From Myxococcota bacterium (lineage in GTDB: Bacteria; Myxococcota_A; UBA796; CAJQPC01), in assembly GCA_036229005.1 (NCBI GenBank), contig JAZAMN010000031.1, positions 160,001 through 224,000 on the forward strand: a stretch of DNA of 64,000 nt, in the 5' to 3' direction. The translations under genes were made by a program, and so were the position numbers. Below are positions 27,989-36,793 of the stretch, piece by piece; position 1 is the first letter of the stretch, and each line of letters starts with the position of its first letter. A model generated the notes under the pieces. The model was not told the DNA's origin. It searched no databases and saw only the letters and a list, made by a program, of their open reading frames with translations.

Positions 27989-29401
27989 ATGCCCCTGCTT
28001 CCCCTCAGCCTGCTGCTGGCCTGCCCCAAGCCCGGCGAGAGCCCCTCCGATCCCTTCGGCGGCGCGCCTCCCCCCAATCTCAGCGAGCTGGAGGACCGAG
28101 GACATCGGGCGGTCGAACACCCCGCCTCCACCTCCCCGCAGACCCTGGTGCTCGCCGGCGCGACAGTGCTCACGGCCGCCGGCGAGGTCTACGAGCCCGG
28201 CTGGGTACGCATCGACAAGGGCCGCATCCAGGACCTGGGCCCCGGCGCACCGCCATCAGGCAGCGACCCCGTGCTCGAGCTCCCCGGGCGCGTGCTCACC
28301 CCCGGACTCATCGACACCCACTCCCACATGGGCGTCTACCCCAGCCCAGGCGCCCACGCGCACAGCGACGGCAACGAGGCCACCAACCCCACCACCCCCG
28401 GCGTCTGGGCCGAGCACTCCTTCTGGCCCCAGGACCCCGACCTGGAGCTGGCCGTGGCCGGCGGCGTGACCACCATCCAGGTGCTCCCCGGCTCCGCGAA
28501 CCTCATCGGCGGGCGCGGCGTCACCCTGCACATGGTCCCCGCCCGGGGCAGCCGCGCCATGCGCTTCCCCGGCGCCCCCGACGGCGTGAAGATGGCCTGC
28601 GGCGAGAACCCCAAGCGGGTCTACGAGAGCAGCGGCCCCAGCACCCGCATGGGCAACCTGGCTGCCCAGCGCACCGCCTTCGCCCGGGCCCAGGAGCACC
28701 AGCGCGCCTGGGAGGCCTACGAGCGCGAGGTCGCCGCCTGGGACGGGGTCGGCGCCGGCCCCCAGCCCCCCAGCCGGGACCTCGCCCTGGAGACCCTGGT
28801 CGGCGTTCTGGAGGGCGAGCTGCTCGTCCACGTCCACTGCTACCGGGCCGACGACATGCTCAGCTTCATGCAGGTGGCCGACGAATTCGACTTCCAGGTG
28901 CGCAGCTTCCACCACGGCCTGGAGGCCTACAAGATCGCCGGCCTGCTGGCCGAGAGCGACATCGCCGTCTCCACCTGGGCCGACTGGTGGGGCTTCAAGA
29001 TGGAGGCCTACGACGGCATCCCCTACAACGCCGCCCTGCTCGAGGCCGCCGGCGCCCGCACCATCATCCACTCGGACTCCAGCGTGGACGTGCGCTGGCT
29101 GAACCAGGAGGCCGCCAAGGCCTGGCGCTACGCCGACGAGGCGGGCGTCCCCTTGACCCAGGACCAGGTGCTGCGCTGGCTCACCGCCAACCCCGCGTGG
29201 GCCCTGGGCATCGCCGACCAGGTGGGCACCCTGGAGCCCGGCAAGCGCGCCGACATCGTGGTCTGGGACGGCGACCCCTTCTCCGTATACACCCACGCGG
29301 AGCTCGTGTTCGCCGACGGCGGGCTGCTCTACGACCGACAGCAGACCACCGCCCCGTGGTCCGATTTCATGCTGGGCCAGGCCCTCCAGGAGCGCAAGTG
29401 A
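27989..29401 (+). CDS. Amidohydrolase family lipoprotein
   Basis: 'PGLIDTHSH', 'GVTTIQVLPGSANLIGG', 'KMACGENPK', 'HCYR', 'HSD', 'GTLEPGKRAD'. Confidence 0.92.
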   Translation: MPLLPLSLLLACPKPGESPSDPFGGAPPPNLSELEDRGHRAVEHPASTSPQTLVLAGATVLTAAGEVYEPGWVRIDKGRIQDLGPGAPPSGSDPVLELPGRVLTPGLIDTHSHMGVYPSPGAHAHSDGNEATNPTTPGVWAEHSFWPQDPDLELAVAGGVTTIQVLPGSANLIGGRGVTLHMVPARGSRAMRFPGAPDGVKMACGENPKRVYESSGPSTRMGNLAAQRTAFARAQEHQRAWEAYEREVAAWDGVGAGPQPPSRDLALETLVGVLEGELLVHVHCYRADDMLSFMQVADEFDFQVRSFHHGLEAYKIAGLLAESDIAVSTWADWWGFKMEAYDGIPYNAALLEAAGARTIIHSDSSVDVRWLNQEAAKAWRYADEAGVPLTQDQVLRWLTANPAWALGIADQVGTLEPGKRADIVVWDGDPFSVYTHAELVFADGGLLYDRQQTTAPWSDFMLGQALQERK

Positions 29402-30657
29402 CCCTGCTTCTGCCCCCCCTTCTGAGCCTCGGCGCGGCCCTGATGGGCTGCCTCTCCAGCCCCACCCAAGCCCAGGAAACCCCGCAGTGCACAGAGCTCA
29501 CCGGCGCGCGCGTCTGGACCCCGAAGGGGGTGGTTCAGCAGACCGTTGTCCTCGCTGGTGAGCGCATCGTGCAGGTCGGTGAGCAGCGAGCAGCAGGCTG
29601 GGGAGGTGGGGACTGCGTGTCCGTCGACCTCTCGGCCCACCTCCTCACCCCTGGGCTCATCGACAGCCAGAGCAGCGTCGGCCTCGTCGAGGTCAGCGCG
29701 GAGCACGGCGCACACCGCTCCGGCGGCCGCCCCGCGGTCGAGGTCGTCTGGGACTACAACCCCCAGTCGGTCGTGGTCCAGTCCACCCGGCACCACGGCG
29801 TGACCGCGGCGATTCTCACCGGGCGCGGGCAGTGGTCCGGCGCGATGGGGCTCGTGGAGCTGGGCGGCGCCACCCTCAACCAGGCCGTCGTGCAGCCCGC
29901 GGTCGCCCAGGGCTTCCGGCTCGGACACCCCGCCACCGACCTCTTGACCCTCTCCGAGATCCTGGCCGACGTGGACGCCTACCGCGCCGATCCCCGGGCC
30001 CACGCGCGCGGCGAGAGCCGGGAATACCTGCTCCCCCCGGCCGATCTCCTCGCCCTGCAGCCCGTCGCCGACGGCCGCGTCCCCCTGGTCGTGACCGTGA
30101 ACAAGGCCAGCCACATCGAGGCCCTCTTGGCCTGGCACGCCGAGCACCCCAAGCTGCGGCTGGTCCTGAGCGGCGCCAGCGAGGCCTGGGTGCACGCCCA
30201 AGCCCTGGCCCAGGCCGACATCGCGGTCATCCTGAACCCCCAGGTGCAGTCGGCGGAGTCCTTCCACACGCTGCAGGGGCGCCCGGACAACGCGGCGCTG
30301 CTGGCCCAGGCGGGCGTCGCCGTCATCATCGCGAGCAGCTCCGGCCACGAAGGGCGCGAGCTCACGCAGCTCGCCGGCCTCGCGGTGCGCGCCGGGATGG
30401 ACCACAGCCAGGCGCTGGCGGCCCTCACCCAGACGCCCGCCCAGGTCTTTGGCCTGGAGGGTCAGGGCGCCCTGCGCCCCGGTGCGCGCGCAAACCTGGT
30501 GGCCTGGACCGGGGATCCCCTGGAGCTCCGGACGCGCGCCGCGGCCGTGTGGATCGCGGGCGAGCAGCAGGCTCTGGTGGGCCGCCAGGAGCTGCTGATG
30601 GAGCGCTACAGCCAGCCGGAGCCCCCCACGCTCACGCCAGTGTTTCGCGAGCCTTGA
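29398..30657 (+). CDS. Amidohydrolase family protein, metal-ligand-deficient partner
   Basis: GTGA coupled; 'PGLIDSQSS' in place of HxH; 'GALRPGARANLVAWTGDPL'. Confidence 0.85.
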   Translation: MTLLLPPLLSLGAALMGCLSSPTQAQETPQCTELTGARVWTPKGVVQQTVVLAGERIVQVGEQRAAGWGGGDCVSVDLSAHLLTPGLIDSQSSVGLVEVSAEHGAHRSGGRPAVEVVWDYNPQSVVVQSTRHHGVTAAILTGRGQWSGAMGLVELGGATLNQAVVQPAVAQGFRLGHPATDLLTLSEILADVDAYRADPRAHARGESREYLLPPADLLALQPVADGRVPLVVTVNKASHIEALLAWHAEHPKLRLVLSGASEAWVHAQALAQADIAVILNPQVQSAESFHTLQGRPDNAALLAQAGVAVIIASSSGHEGRELTQLAGLAVRAGMDHSQALAALTQTPAQVFGLEGQGALRPGARANLVAWTGDPLELRTRAAAVWIAGEQQALVGRQELLMERYSQPEPPTLTPVFREP

Positions 30658-30701
30658 CCCCGCGCGCGCTACACTCTGTGTGAACTTGCGCGTTGAGCAG
30701 C

Positions 30702-31631
30702 ATGAAAGACGACGCTGAGAAGACCCAGGTCCGGAAGCTGGACAGGAACATGCTGGCCGAGGGCCAGCCCAGGCACGCCTACCTGATCGTGCTCTCCGGG
30801 TCCGAGATCGGCCGCATGCTGCGCCTGAGCACCGGAAAGACCAGCATCGGCCGCTCCCGCCAGTGCACCTTCCTGCTGGAAGAAGAGGGCATCTCCCGCC
30901 TGCACGCGGAGCTGCTGATCGACAACACCGGCGCCCCCTTCATCCGCGACAACCACTCCACCAACGGCACGCTGCTCAACGGCCGCCCCGTCGGTGAGCT
31001 GCCCACGCCCGTGAACGACGGCGACCGCATCCAGATCGGCGGCGCGGTCATCCTCAAGTTCTCCTACCAGGACCACCTGGAGGAGAGCTTCCAGAAGCGC
31101 CTGTACTCCAGCGCCGTGCGCGACCCCCTGACCGGGGCCTACAACAAGCGCTACCTGACCGAGCGCCTGGAGCAGGAGTTCGCCCACGCCGAGCGCCGCG
31201 GCATGCCCCTGTCCCTGGTCGTGCTGGACCTGGACCACTTCAAGCGCATCAACGACGGCTACGGCCACGCCTGCGGCGACGAGGTCCTGCGCTCCGTCGC
31301 CCAGCACGTCGAGAAGCACCTGCGCCGCGAGGAGATCTTCGCCCGCTACGGGGGAGAAGAGTTCGTGGTGCTGATGCGCGAGACCTCGCTCGATGCCGCC
31401 ATGCGCGCCGCCGAGCGCATCCGCCGCCTGGTCGAGGGCCTGCCGATCACCTACGGCTCCCGCACCCTGAGCGTGACCGCCAGCCTGGGTGTGGCCAGCA
31501 CCGACGGCGCCTGGCACAAGAACGCCCTGCGGCTCTTCATCGCGGCCGACCGCCAGCTCTACCGGGCCAAGAACCTGGGCCGCAACACGGTCTGCGGGCC
31601 CGAGCGGGACAACGGCGGCTCCACGCTCTGA
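30702..31631 (+). CDS. FHA-domain diguanylate cyclase
   Basis: FHA 'IGRS...ISRLHA...STNGT'; 'RDPLTG', 'DLDHFKRIND.YGH..GD', 'RYGGEEF'. Confidence 0.95.
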   Translation: MKDDAEKTQVRKLDRNMLAEGQPRHAYLIVLSGSEIGRMLRLSTGKTSIGRSRQCTFLLEEEGISRLHAELLIDNTGAPFIRDNHSTNGTLLNGRPVGELPTPVNDGDRIQIGGAVILKFSYQDHLEESFQKRLYSSAVRDPLTGAYNKRYLTERLEQEFAHAERRGMPLSLVVLDLDHFKRINDGYGHACGDEVLRSVAQHVEKHLRREEIFARYGGEEFVVLMRETSLDAAMRAAERIRRLVEGLPITYGSRTLSVTASLGVASTDGAWHKNALRLFIAADRQLYRAKNLGRNTVCGPERDNGGSTL

Positions 31632-31684
31632 GGCTCGCCGATGCGGGGGGATGAGCGGCTGGGAGCTTCAGCGGCTGCCTGGGC

Positions 31685-32269
31685 TCACCACCAGGCCTGA
31701 GAGGCCCCCCGCAGCGCCAGCAGCCGCTCTGTCTCCATCGGCGAGGTCCCCACGGCGTCCAACACCTGCTGGACGTGCTCGTCCTCGTCGAACTCACCCA
31801 GGCCGTAGCGCGCCATCAGGATGCCCCGCTGGCGGTCGAAGACCCGCCAGGTGCACATCAGCAGGACCTCGTCGGCGGACGCGAGCTTCAGGCGTTGCGC
31901 GCACTGCCCGATCGCGGCGGTGAGCTCCTGCATGTAGCCGTCCTCGACCTCCTCCGTCCCCCAGCTCGGGTCCCGGGAGTACTCGTCCTCTTCGCGCTCG
32001 ACGACCACGTCCTTGAACAGCGCCCGGCCCAGTTCGCGCCACTCGATGATCTGCCAGGGGAGCACCTCGTGCTGCACGCGGTACTGCCCGGAGCTGAGCT
32101 GGCCCTGGACCTGGGCGCTCCACTCCGCGCAGAAGCCGCCCGAGTCCAGCCGGAACACCGGGCTCCCGGCCAGCTCACAGGCCATCGCGCACTGCTCCGC
32201 GTCGCTCCCGAACACGTGCACCGCCTGGCTCTCCGGCAGTCGCCGGACCTGCTCGATGCGAGAGATCAT
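31685..32269 (-). CDS. Hypothetical protein
   Basis: AGGAGG RBS, GC3-biased frame, no recognised motif. Confidence 0.7.
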   Translation of the reverse strand: MISRIEQVRRLPESQAVHVFGSDAEQCAMACELAGSPVFRLDSGGFCAEWSAQVQGQLSSGQYRVQHEVLPWQIIEWRELGRALFKDVVVEREEDEYSRDPSWGTEEVEDGYMQELTAAIGQCAQRLKLASADEVLLMCTWRVFDRQRGILMARYGLGEFDEDEHVQQVLDAVGTSPMETERLLALRGASQAWW

Positions 32270-32318
32270 CCCGTCCTCCTTGGCCGGGGGAGTCTACCCG
32301 CACAGGTAGACTGCGCGC

Positions 32319-33011
32319 ATGGACGTGATGATTCTCTGCGGCGGCTACGGCACGCGGATGGGCGCCGTGACCGGGCGCATCCCCAAGCCCATGGTCCCCG
32401 TCGGCGGGCAGCCGCTGCTCTGGCACGTCATGCAGATCTACGCGCGCCAGGGCCACACCCGCTTCCTGCTCTGCGTGGGCCACCTGGGCGAGCGGATCCG
32501 GGACTGGGCGCGGGCCCACGCCCCCAGCGACTGGGAGGTCGTGCTGGTCGACACCGGCGCCGACACCCCCACCGGAGGCCGCCTGCTGGCCGCGAGCGAA
32601 CACCTGCGCGGCCCCCGCTGCATGGCCACCTACGGCGACGGCGTGGCCGACCTGGACCTGAGCGCGCTGCTGGCCTTCCACACCCGCCAGGGCACCCACG
32701 CCACCCTGAGCGCGATGCACCCCCGCTCCCGCTTCGGGGTCGTGGAGCTGGCCGGCGGGAAGGTCCAGGCCTTTGACGAGAAGCCGCTGCTTCGCCAGCG
32801 CGTGTCGGGGGGCTTCTTTGTCTTCGAGCGGGAGGCCTTCGCGCAGATGCGCGGAGACGAGGCCCTGGAGCTGGGGGCCCTCTCCCGCCTGGCGGCGCAG
32901 GGGCAGCTCTCCGGCTACGAGCACGACGGCTTCTGGATGTCCGTGGACACCCCTCGGGATCTGCAGGCCCTCAACGCGAGCTGGGACCAAGGAGAGCGCC
33001 CGTGGCTGTGA
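32319..33011 (+). CDS. rfbF: Glucose-1-phosphate cytidylyltransferase-like nucleotidyltransferase
   Basis: 'LCGGYGTR', 'PKPMV', 'VDTG..T.TGGRL', 'TYGDGVAD', 'HDGFW..DTPRD', terminal 'PW'. Confidence 0.8.
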   Translation: MDVMILCGGYGTRMGAVTGRIPKPMVPVGGQPLLWHVMQIYARQGHTRFLLCVGHLGERIRDWARAHAPSDWEVVLVDTGADTPTGGRLLAASEHLRGPRCMATYGDGVADLDLSALLAFHTRQGTHATLSAMHPRSRFGVVELAGGKVQAFDEKPLLRQRVSGGFFVFEREAFAQMRGDEALELGALSRLAAQGQLSGYEHDGFWMSVDTPRDLQALNASWDQGERPWL

Positions 33012-33952
33012 CACTGGTGACCGGCGCCGCCGGGATTCTGGGCAGCGAATGCGTGCGCCTGCTGCTGGAGCGCTCCGGCCCCGACGACCGCGTGCTCGTG
33101 TTGGTGCGCGACCGGGATCCCCGCAGCCGCCTCTACGCGGAGGGGCTCATCGACCGCTGCATCGAGCTGCGCGCCGAGCTCTCCGACGCCGAGCGCATCC
33201 TGGCCGAATACCAGCCCGACGCCGTGCTCCACCTGGCCGCCCAGACCCAGGTCCCCACCGCCAACCACAGCCCCCTGAGCACCTTCGAGTCCAACGTCGC
33301 GGGCACCTGGCGCCTGCTGGAGGCCTGCCGCCTGGCCGCCCGCCCCCCCGCGCGCGTCCTGGTCGCCAGCTCCGACAAGGCCTACGGCGCCGGCCCCCTG
33401 CCCTACCGCGAAGACCAGCCCCTGGCCGCCACCGCGCCCTACGACGTCTCCAAGGCCGCGACCGACATGATCGCCCGCAGCTACGCCAGCCACTTTGGCA
33501 TGCCCGTCGTGGTGACCCGCTGCGCGAACCTCTACGGCCCCGGCGACCGCCACACCGAGCGCCTGGTCCCCCACTGCTGCGCGCGCCTGCTCCAGGGCCA
33601 GCCCCCCATCCTGCGCAGCACCGGCCGGATGACCCGCGAGTGGCTCTTTGTGGAGGATGCGGCCGAGGGGACCTTGGCGCTGCTGGACTCTGCGGCCCAC
33701 CTCTCGGGCCGGGCGTTCAACCTGGGGGGCGGAGAGACCGCCTCCGTCAGCGAGGTCACCCGAGCCCTGTGCGCGCTGGCCAGTGGGCCTCAGCCTGTCC
33801 TCGCCGATGCCGATCCGGTGGGTGAGATCCCGCACCAGGCCCTGGACACCCAGGCGGTGCAGGACGCAGTGGGCTGGCGGGCACGCACCCCTCTGACCCT
33901 GGGGCTGCAGAAGACCTGGGACTGGTGGAAGGCCCAGGCCACCAGGGCCTAA
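33002..33952 (+). CDS. NDP-sugar 4,6-dehydratase (CDP-glucose 4,6-dehydratase-like)
   Basis: 'VTGAAGILG', 'HLAAQT', 'SSDKAYG', 'PYDVSKA', 'RCANLYGPGD'. Confidence 0.82.
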   Translation: MAVTLVTGAAGILGSECVRLLLERSGPDDRVLVLVRDRDPRSRLYAEGLIDRCIELRAELSDAERILAEYQPDAVLHLAAQTQVPTANHSPLSTFESNVAGTWRLLEACRLAARPPARVLVASSDKAYGAGPLPYREDQPLAATAPYDVSKAATDMIARSYASHFGMPVVVTRCANLYGPGDRHTERLVPHCCARLLQGQPPILRSTGRMTREWLFVEDAAEGTLALLDSAAHLSGRAFNLGGGETASVSEVTRALCALASGPQPVLADADPVGEIPHQALDTQAVQDAVGWRARTPLTLGLQKTWDWWKAQATRA

Positions 33953-34308
33953 TCGTACTCGTAGGGGGCGGCTTTCACGAGCTCGGCGAGCTTCTGGGGG
34001 TCCTGCAGGGCAGCGTGCAGCAGGACGGCGAGCGCCTGCAGGGCCTCCAGATCGCTGCCATAGGCCACGAACATCCCGGCCTCCGGGTCCATGCCCAGGC
34101 GGGACTCCAGCGCGGGGGACTGGGTGCGCATGGCGGCGAGCGCGACGTCGGCCCAGCCGTAGCCGTTGCCGTAGCGGCCGTTCTGCTCGAACACCGCGTC
34201 GGGCCCTCCGACCATGTGCTGATCGCTGAGCATCAGGCAGAAGTTGCCGGGCTTGTGGTCGTACTCAAAGAGCACAAAAGGGGCGTAGGCGCTGCGTTCT
34301 TCGTACAC
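33949..34308 (-). CDS. Imm51-family immunity protein
   Basis: 'PF', 'GNGYGW', 'DPEAGMFVAY'. AGGAG RBS before GTG 34308. Confidence 0.8.
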   Translation of the reverse strand: MYEERSAYAPFVLFEYDHKPGNFCLMLSDQHMVGGPDAVFEQNGRYGNGYGWADVALAAMRTQSPALESRLGMDPEAGMFVAYGSDLEALQALAVLLHAALQDPQKLAELVKAAPYEYD

Positions 34309-34371
34309 GGAGGCTCCTGTTGGAGGGGGACTGTACAACCCGCGGGGTTCGGGGGGCTTGCCCGCATTTTA

Positions 34372-34405
34372 TTTAGCCGCTAAACCATCTGTATAGGAGC
34401 TAAAC
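34372..34405 (+). promoter_or_regulatory. Tandem MarR-like operators
   Basis: TTTAG-CCG-CTAAA (34372-34384) and GTATAG-GAG-CTAAAC (34391-34405, covering the RBS) ahead of an operon that ends in marR. Confidence 0.65.
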
Positions 34406-34406
34406 A

Positions 34407-34952
34407 ATGCAGCACCAGACCTACCCCGTCTCGCGGATCGGCCGCCTGGACAACCGGCTTCGCCTCTGGCTCCACCCCCCGGAGCGCCTGTTCTCGGAGT
34501 GGGCCCGACCGGGCGCTCGCTGTGCAGACATCGGCTGTGGGGGTGGCTTTGTGAGCGTCGGTCTGGCGCGGCTGGTCGGCCCCAGCGGCCAGGTCACGGC
34601 CATCGATCTGCAGCCCGGGATGCTGGAGCGGACCGGCGCGCGCGCCCTGCTGGAGGGGGTCCGGGTGGAGACCCGAGCCTGCACCCGCGAGTCCCTGGTG
34701 CTGCCCCCGGAGCTCGATCTGGCGGTGCTCTTCTACGTGGCCCACGAGCTCTCGGACTGGGCGGTCGCGGTCCAACAGCTCCACGCCGCGCTCAAGGTCG
34801 GGGGGCACCTGTGGCTGGCGGAGCCCCCGCTGATCGTGGGTCGGACGGCGTGGGAGGAGACCGTGGAGACCGCCCTCGCCCAGGGCTTTGAGTGCGTCGC
34901 CCGCCCCGAGCTGACCTTCGCGCGCGCGGCGGTGCTGCGGAGGCTGCCATGA
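34407..34952 (+). CDS. Class I SAM-dependent methyltransferase
   Basis: 'DIGCGGG', 'AIDLQPGML', 'LKVGG'. Confidence 0.9.
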   Translation: MQHQTYPVSRIGRLDNRLRLWLHPPERLFSEWARPGARCADIGCGGGFVSVGLARLVGPSGQVTAIDLQPGMLERTGARALLEGVRVETRACTRESLVLPPELDLAVLFYVAHELSDWAVAVQQLHAALKVGGHLWLAEPPLIVGRTAWEETVETALAQGFECVARPELTFARAAVLRRLP

Positions 34953-35902
34953 GGGTCTTCCTGACCGGCGCGACCGGCTTTCTGGGGGCGCACCTGCTCG
35001 CTGCACTGCGTCGACAGGGGCACGAGATCGTGGCCCTCACCCGCGGTCCCCAGGCCCCTCGACCGGGCGTTCAGTGGGTGGAGGGTTCGCTGGAGGAGAG
35101 CGGCTGGCACAGCGCCTTGAGTGGCTGCTCCCACCTGATCAACGCGGCGGCCTCCTACGCCTCCGCCCTGGACGGCAGCGCGAGCGAGGACACCCTGGAG
35201 CAGATCAACGTGCAGGCCCCCGTGGCTGTGTACCGGGCGGCTCTGGAGGCTGGGCTGGAGCGCTTCGTGCAGATCAGCTCGGCGGGCGTGCTCCCCCCCG
35301 AAGGCGGCCCGGAGGGGTCGGCCGCCGCGTCCGATCTGGCCCCCTACTTTGCATCCAAGGCCCGGGCGGAGAGCGCCCTCCAGGCGGCGGAGGACCCCCG
35401 GCTCCCACTGCTGCTCCTGCGCCCGTCCATGCTCCTTGGGCCGGGAGACCGGGGCCCAAGCCCCGCGGGCGAGTGGCTGCTCGGCTACCTGCGCGGCCAG
35501 CACCCCGTCGTCCCGCCCGCAAACCTGGTGGTCGCGGACGTGCGCGATGTCGCCGAGGCCTGCGCGCGCAGCCTGACCATCGAGCCCCCAGCCCCCTGCT
35601 ACCACCTGAGCGGCCACCACCTCCGCTTCGCCGCGCTCTGCGACCACCTGGAGGCCACGACCGGGATCCCAGCCCCAGCCAAGCGCCCGCCCTACTGGCT
35701 GGCCTGGACGCTGCTCAGCCTCCGCGGGTTGACCGGCTCTCAGCCCCTGAGCGCCGCGGATCTCCGGCGCATGCACCGCCTGACGCTCCCCGACACCACC
35801 CGCGCCCGGAGCGAGCTGGCCTGGTGCCCCCGCCCTTGGACCGAGTCCGTGGACGACGCGATACAGGGCCTGCGGGAGCACCATGGCGAGACCCGACACT
35901 GA
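34949..35902 (+). CDS. NAD-dependent epimerase/dehydratase (dihydroflavonol reductase-like SDR)
   Basis: 'LTGATGFLG', 'YFASKARAE', 'LRP..LLGPGD', 'DVRDVA'. ATGA coupled. Confidence 0.88.
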   Translation: MRVFLTGATGFLGAHLLAALRRQGHEIVALTRGPQAPRPGVQWVEGSLEESGWHSALSGCSHLINAAASYASALDGSASEDTLEQINVQAPVAVYRAALEAGLERFVQISSAGVLPPEGGPEGSAAASDLAPYFASKARAESALQAAEDPRLPLLLLRPSMLLGPGDRGPSPAGEWLLGYLRGQHPVVPPANLVVADVRDVAEACARSLTIEPPAPCYHLSGHHLRFAALCDHLEATTGIPAPAKRPPYWLAWTLLSLRGLTGSQPLSAADLRRMHRLTLPDTTRARSELAWCPRPWTESVDDAIQGLREHHGETRH

Positions 35903-36347
35903 CCCGGAGCTGCTGCGCGCGCTGATGCTGCTCCAGGACCTCATCCTGGAGGGCGCGGAGATCGACGTCCGCCCGCGTCGCTTCGACACGCCCACCCCCC
36001 TGAGCCGCGCCGAGATCCACACCCTCTCCGAGATCGCCGACTGTCCGGGCCTGGGCACCAGCGAGCTCGCGGAGCGCCTGCGCGTCACCAAGGGGGCCAT
36101 CTCCCAGATGCTCAAGCGCCTGGAGCAGAAGGGGCTGCTGGAGCGAGAGGCCGTGGGGCGCCGGGTCTCTCTGGAGCCCACCGCTCTGGGCTGGAGGGCC
36201 CACCGCGCACACCAGGACTTCCATCTGCGCCAAGCCGAGGTGCTTGGGGCCCAATACAGCGACCCCGGCACCCTGCAGCGGGACCGCGAGGCCCTGGAGC
36301 GCCTGTTGGCGGGCGTTCGCGCCTTTGGAGCGCAGGATCAGTCCTGA
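35883..36347 (+). CDS. MarR family transcriptional regulator
   Basis: 'EIHTL..I...SELAERLRVTKGAISQMLKRLEQKGLL'. Confidence 0.9.
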   Translation: MARPDTDPELLRALMLLQDLILEGAEIDVRPRRFDTPTPLSRAEIHTLSEIADCPGLGTSELAERLRVTKGAISQMLKRLEQKGLLEREAVGRRVSLEPTALGWRAHRAHQDFHLRQAEVLGAQYSDPGTLQRDREALERLLAGVRAFGAQDQS

Positions 36348-36736
36348 GGCGGCGGGCGCTGCACCTGGAAGATGCCCGCCCACGCTGGGAAGCCGCGCTC
36401 GAGCACGGCGATGTCGGGGCGGGGCTCGGCGGGATCCGGCCACATGCGCAGCTCCACCAGAGCGTCGCAGCCGCCGCAGCGCACCAGGCGCACGGCCTCT
36501 CCGGGGACCTCGAAGGCCATGCCCGCGCGCTGTCCACACACCGGGCAGGCGGGCGCGCGCACGGGCAGCCGCTTGCGGTAGAGCAGGTGACCGGGGCCCA
36601 GCACCATGGCGCAGGCCAGCGCGCCCGCCAGCAGCAGGGCGAAGGGGCCCGTGAGGGGCAGGCTCATCAGGCCCAGCAGGGCGCCCAGGGCCGCGAGGCC
36701 CCCCAGCAGCAGCAGATCACCGAATCCCAGGGACAC
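36338..36736 (-). CDS. Small membrane protein with zinc-ribbon-like CxxC pairs
   Basis: GGAGG RBS plus GTG; two TMs, then 'CPVC' and 'CGGC'. Confidence 0.6.
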   Translation of the reverse strand: MSLGFGDLLLLGGLAALGALLGLMSLPLTGPFALLLAGALACAMVLGPGHLLYRKRLPVRAPACPVCGQRAGMAFEVPGEAVRLVRCGGCDALVELRMWPDPAEPRPDIAVLERGFPAWAGIFQVQRPPPQD

Positions 36737-36793
36737 CGGCCCTCCAGTGCCCGGAGTGTAGTCCCCGCGCAGCGACCCAGGCATACTCAGGGC

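Noticed and set aside
25464..30657. Histidine utilisation cluster (FGase-like plus amidohydrolases)
   Set aside because: No hutH/hutU; the amidohydrolases look exported and are divergently oriented.
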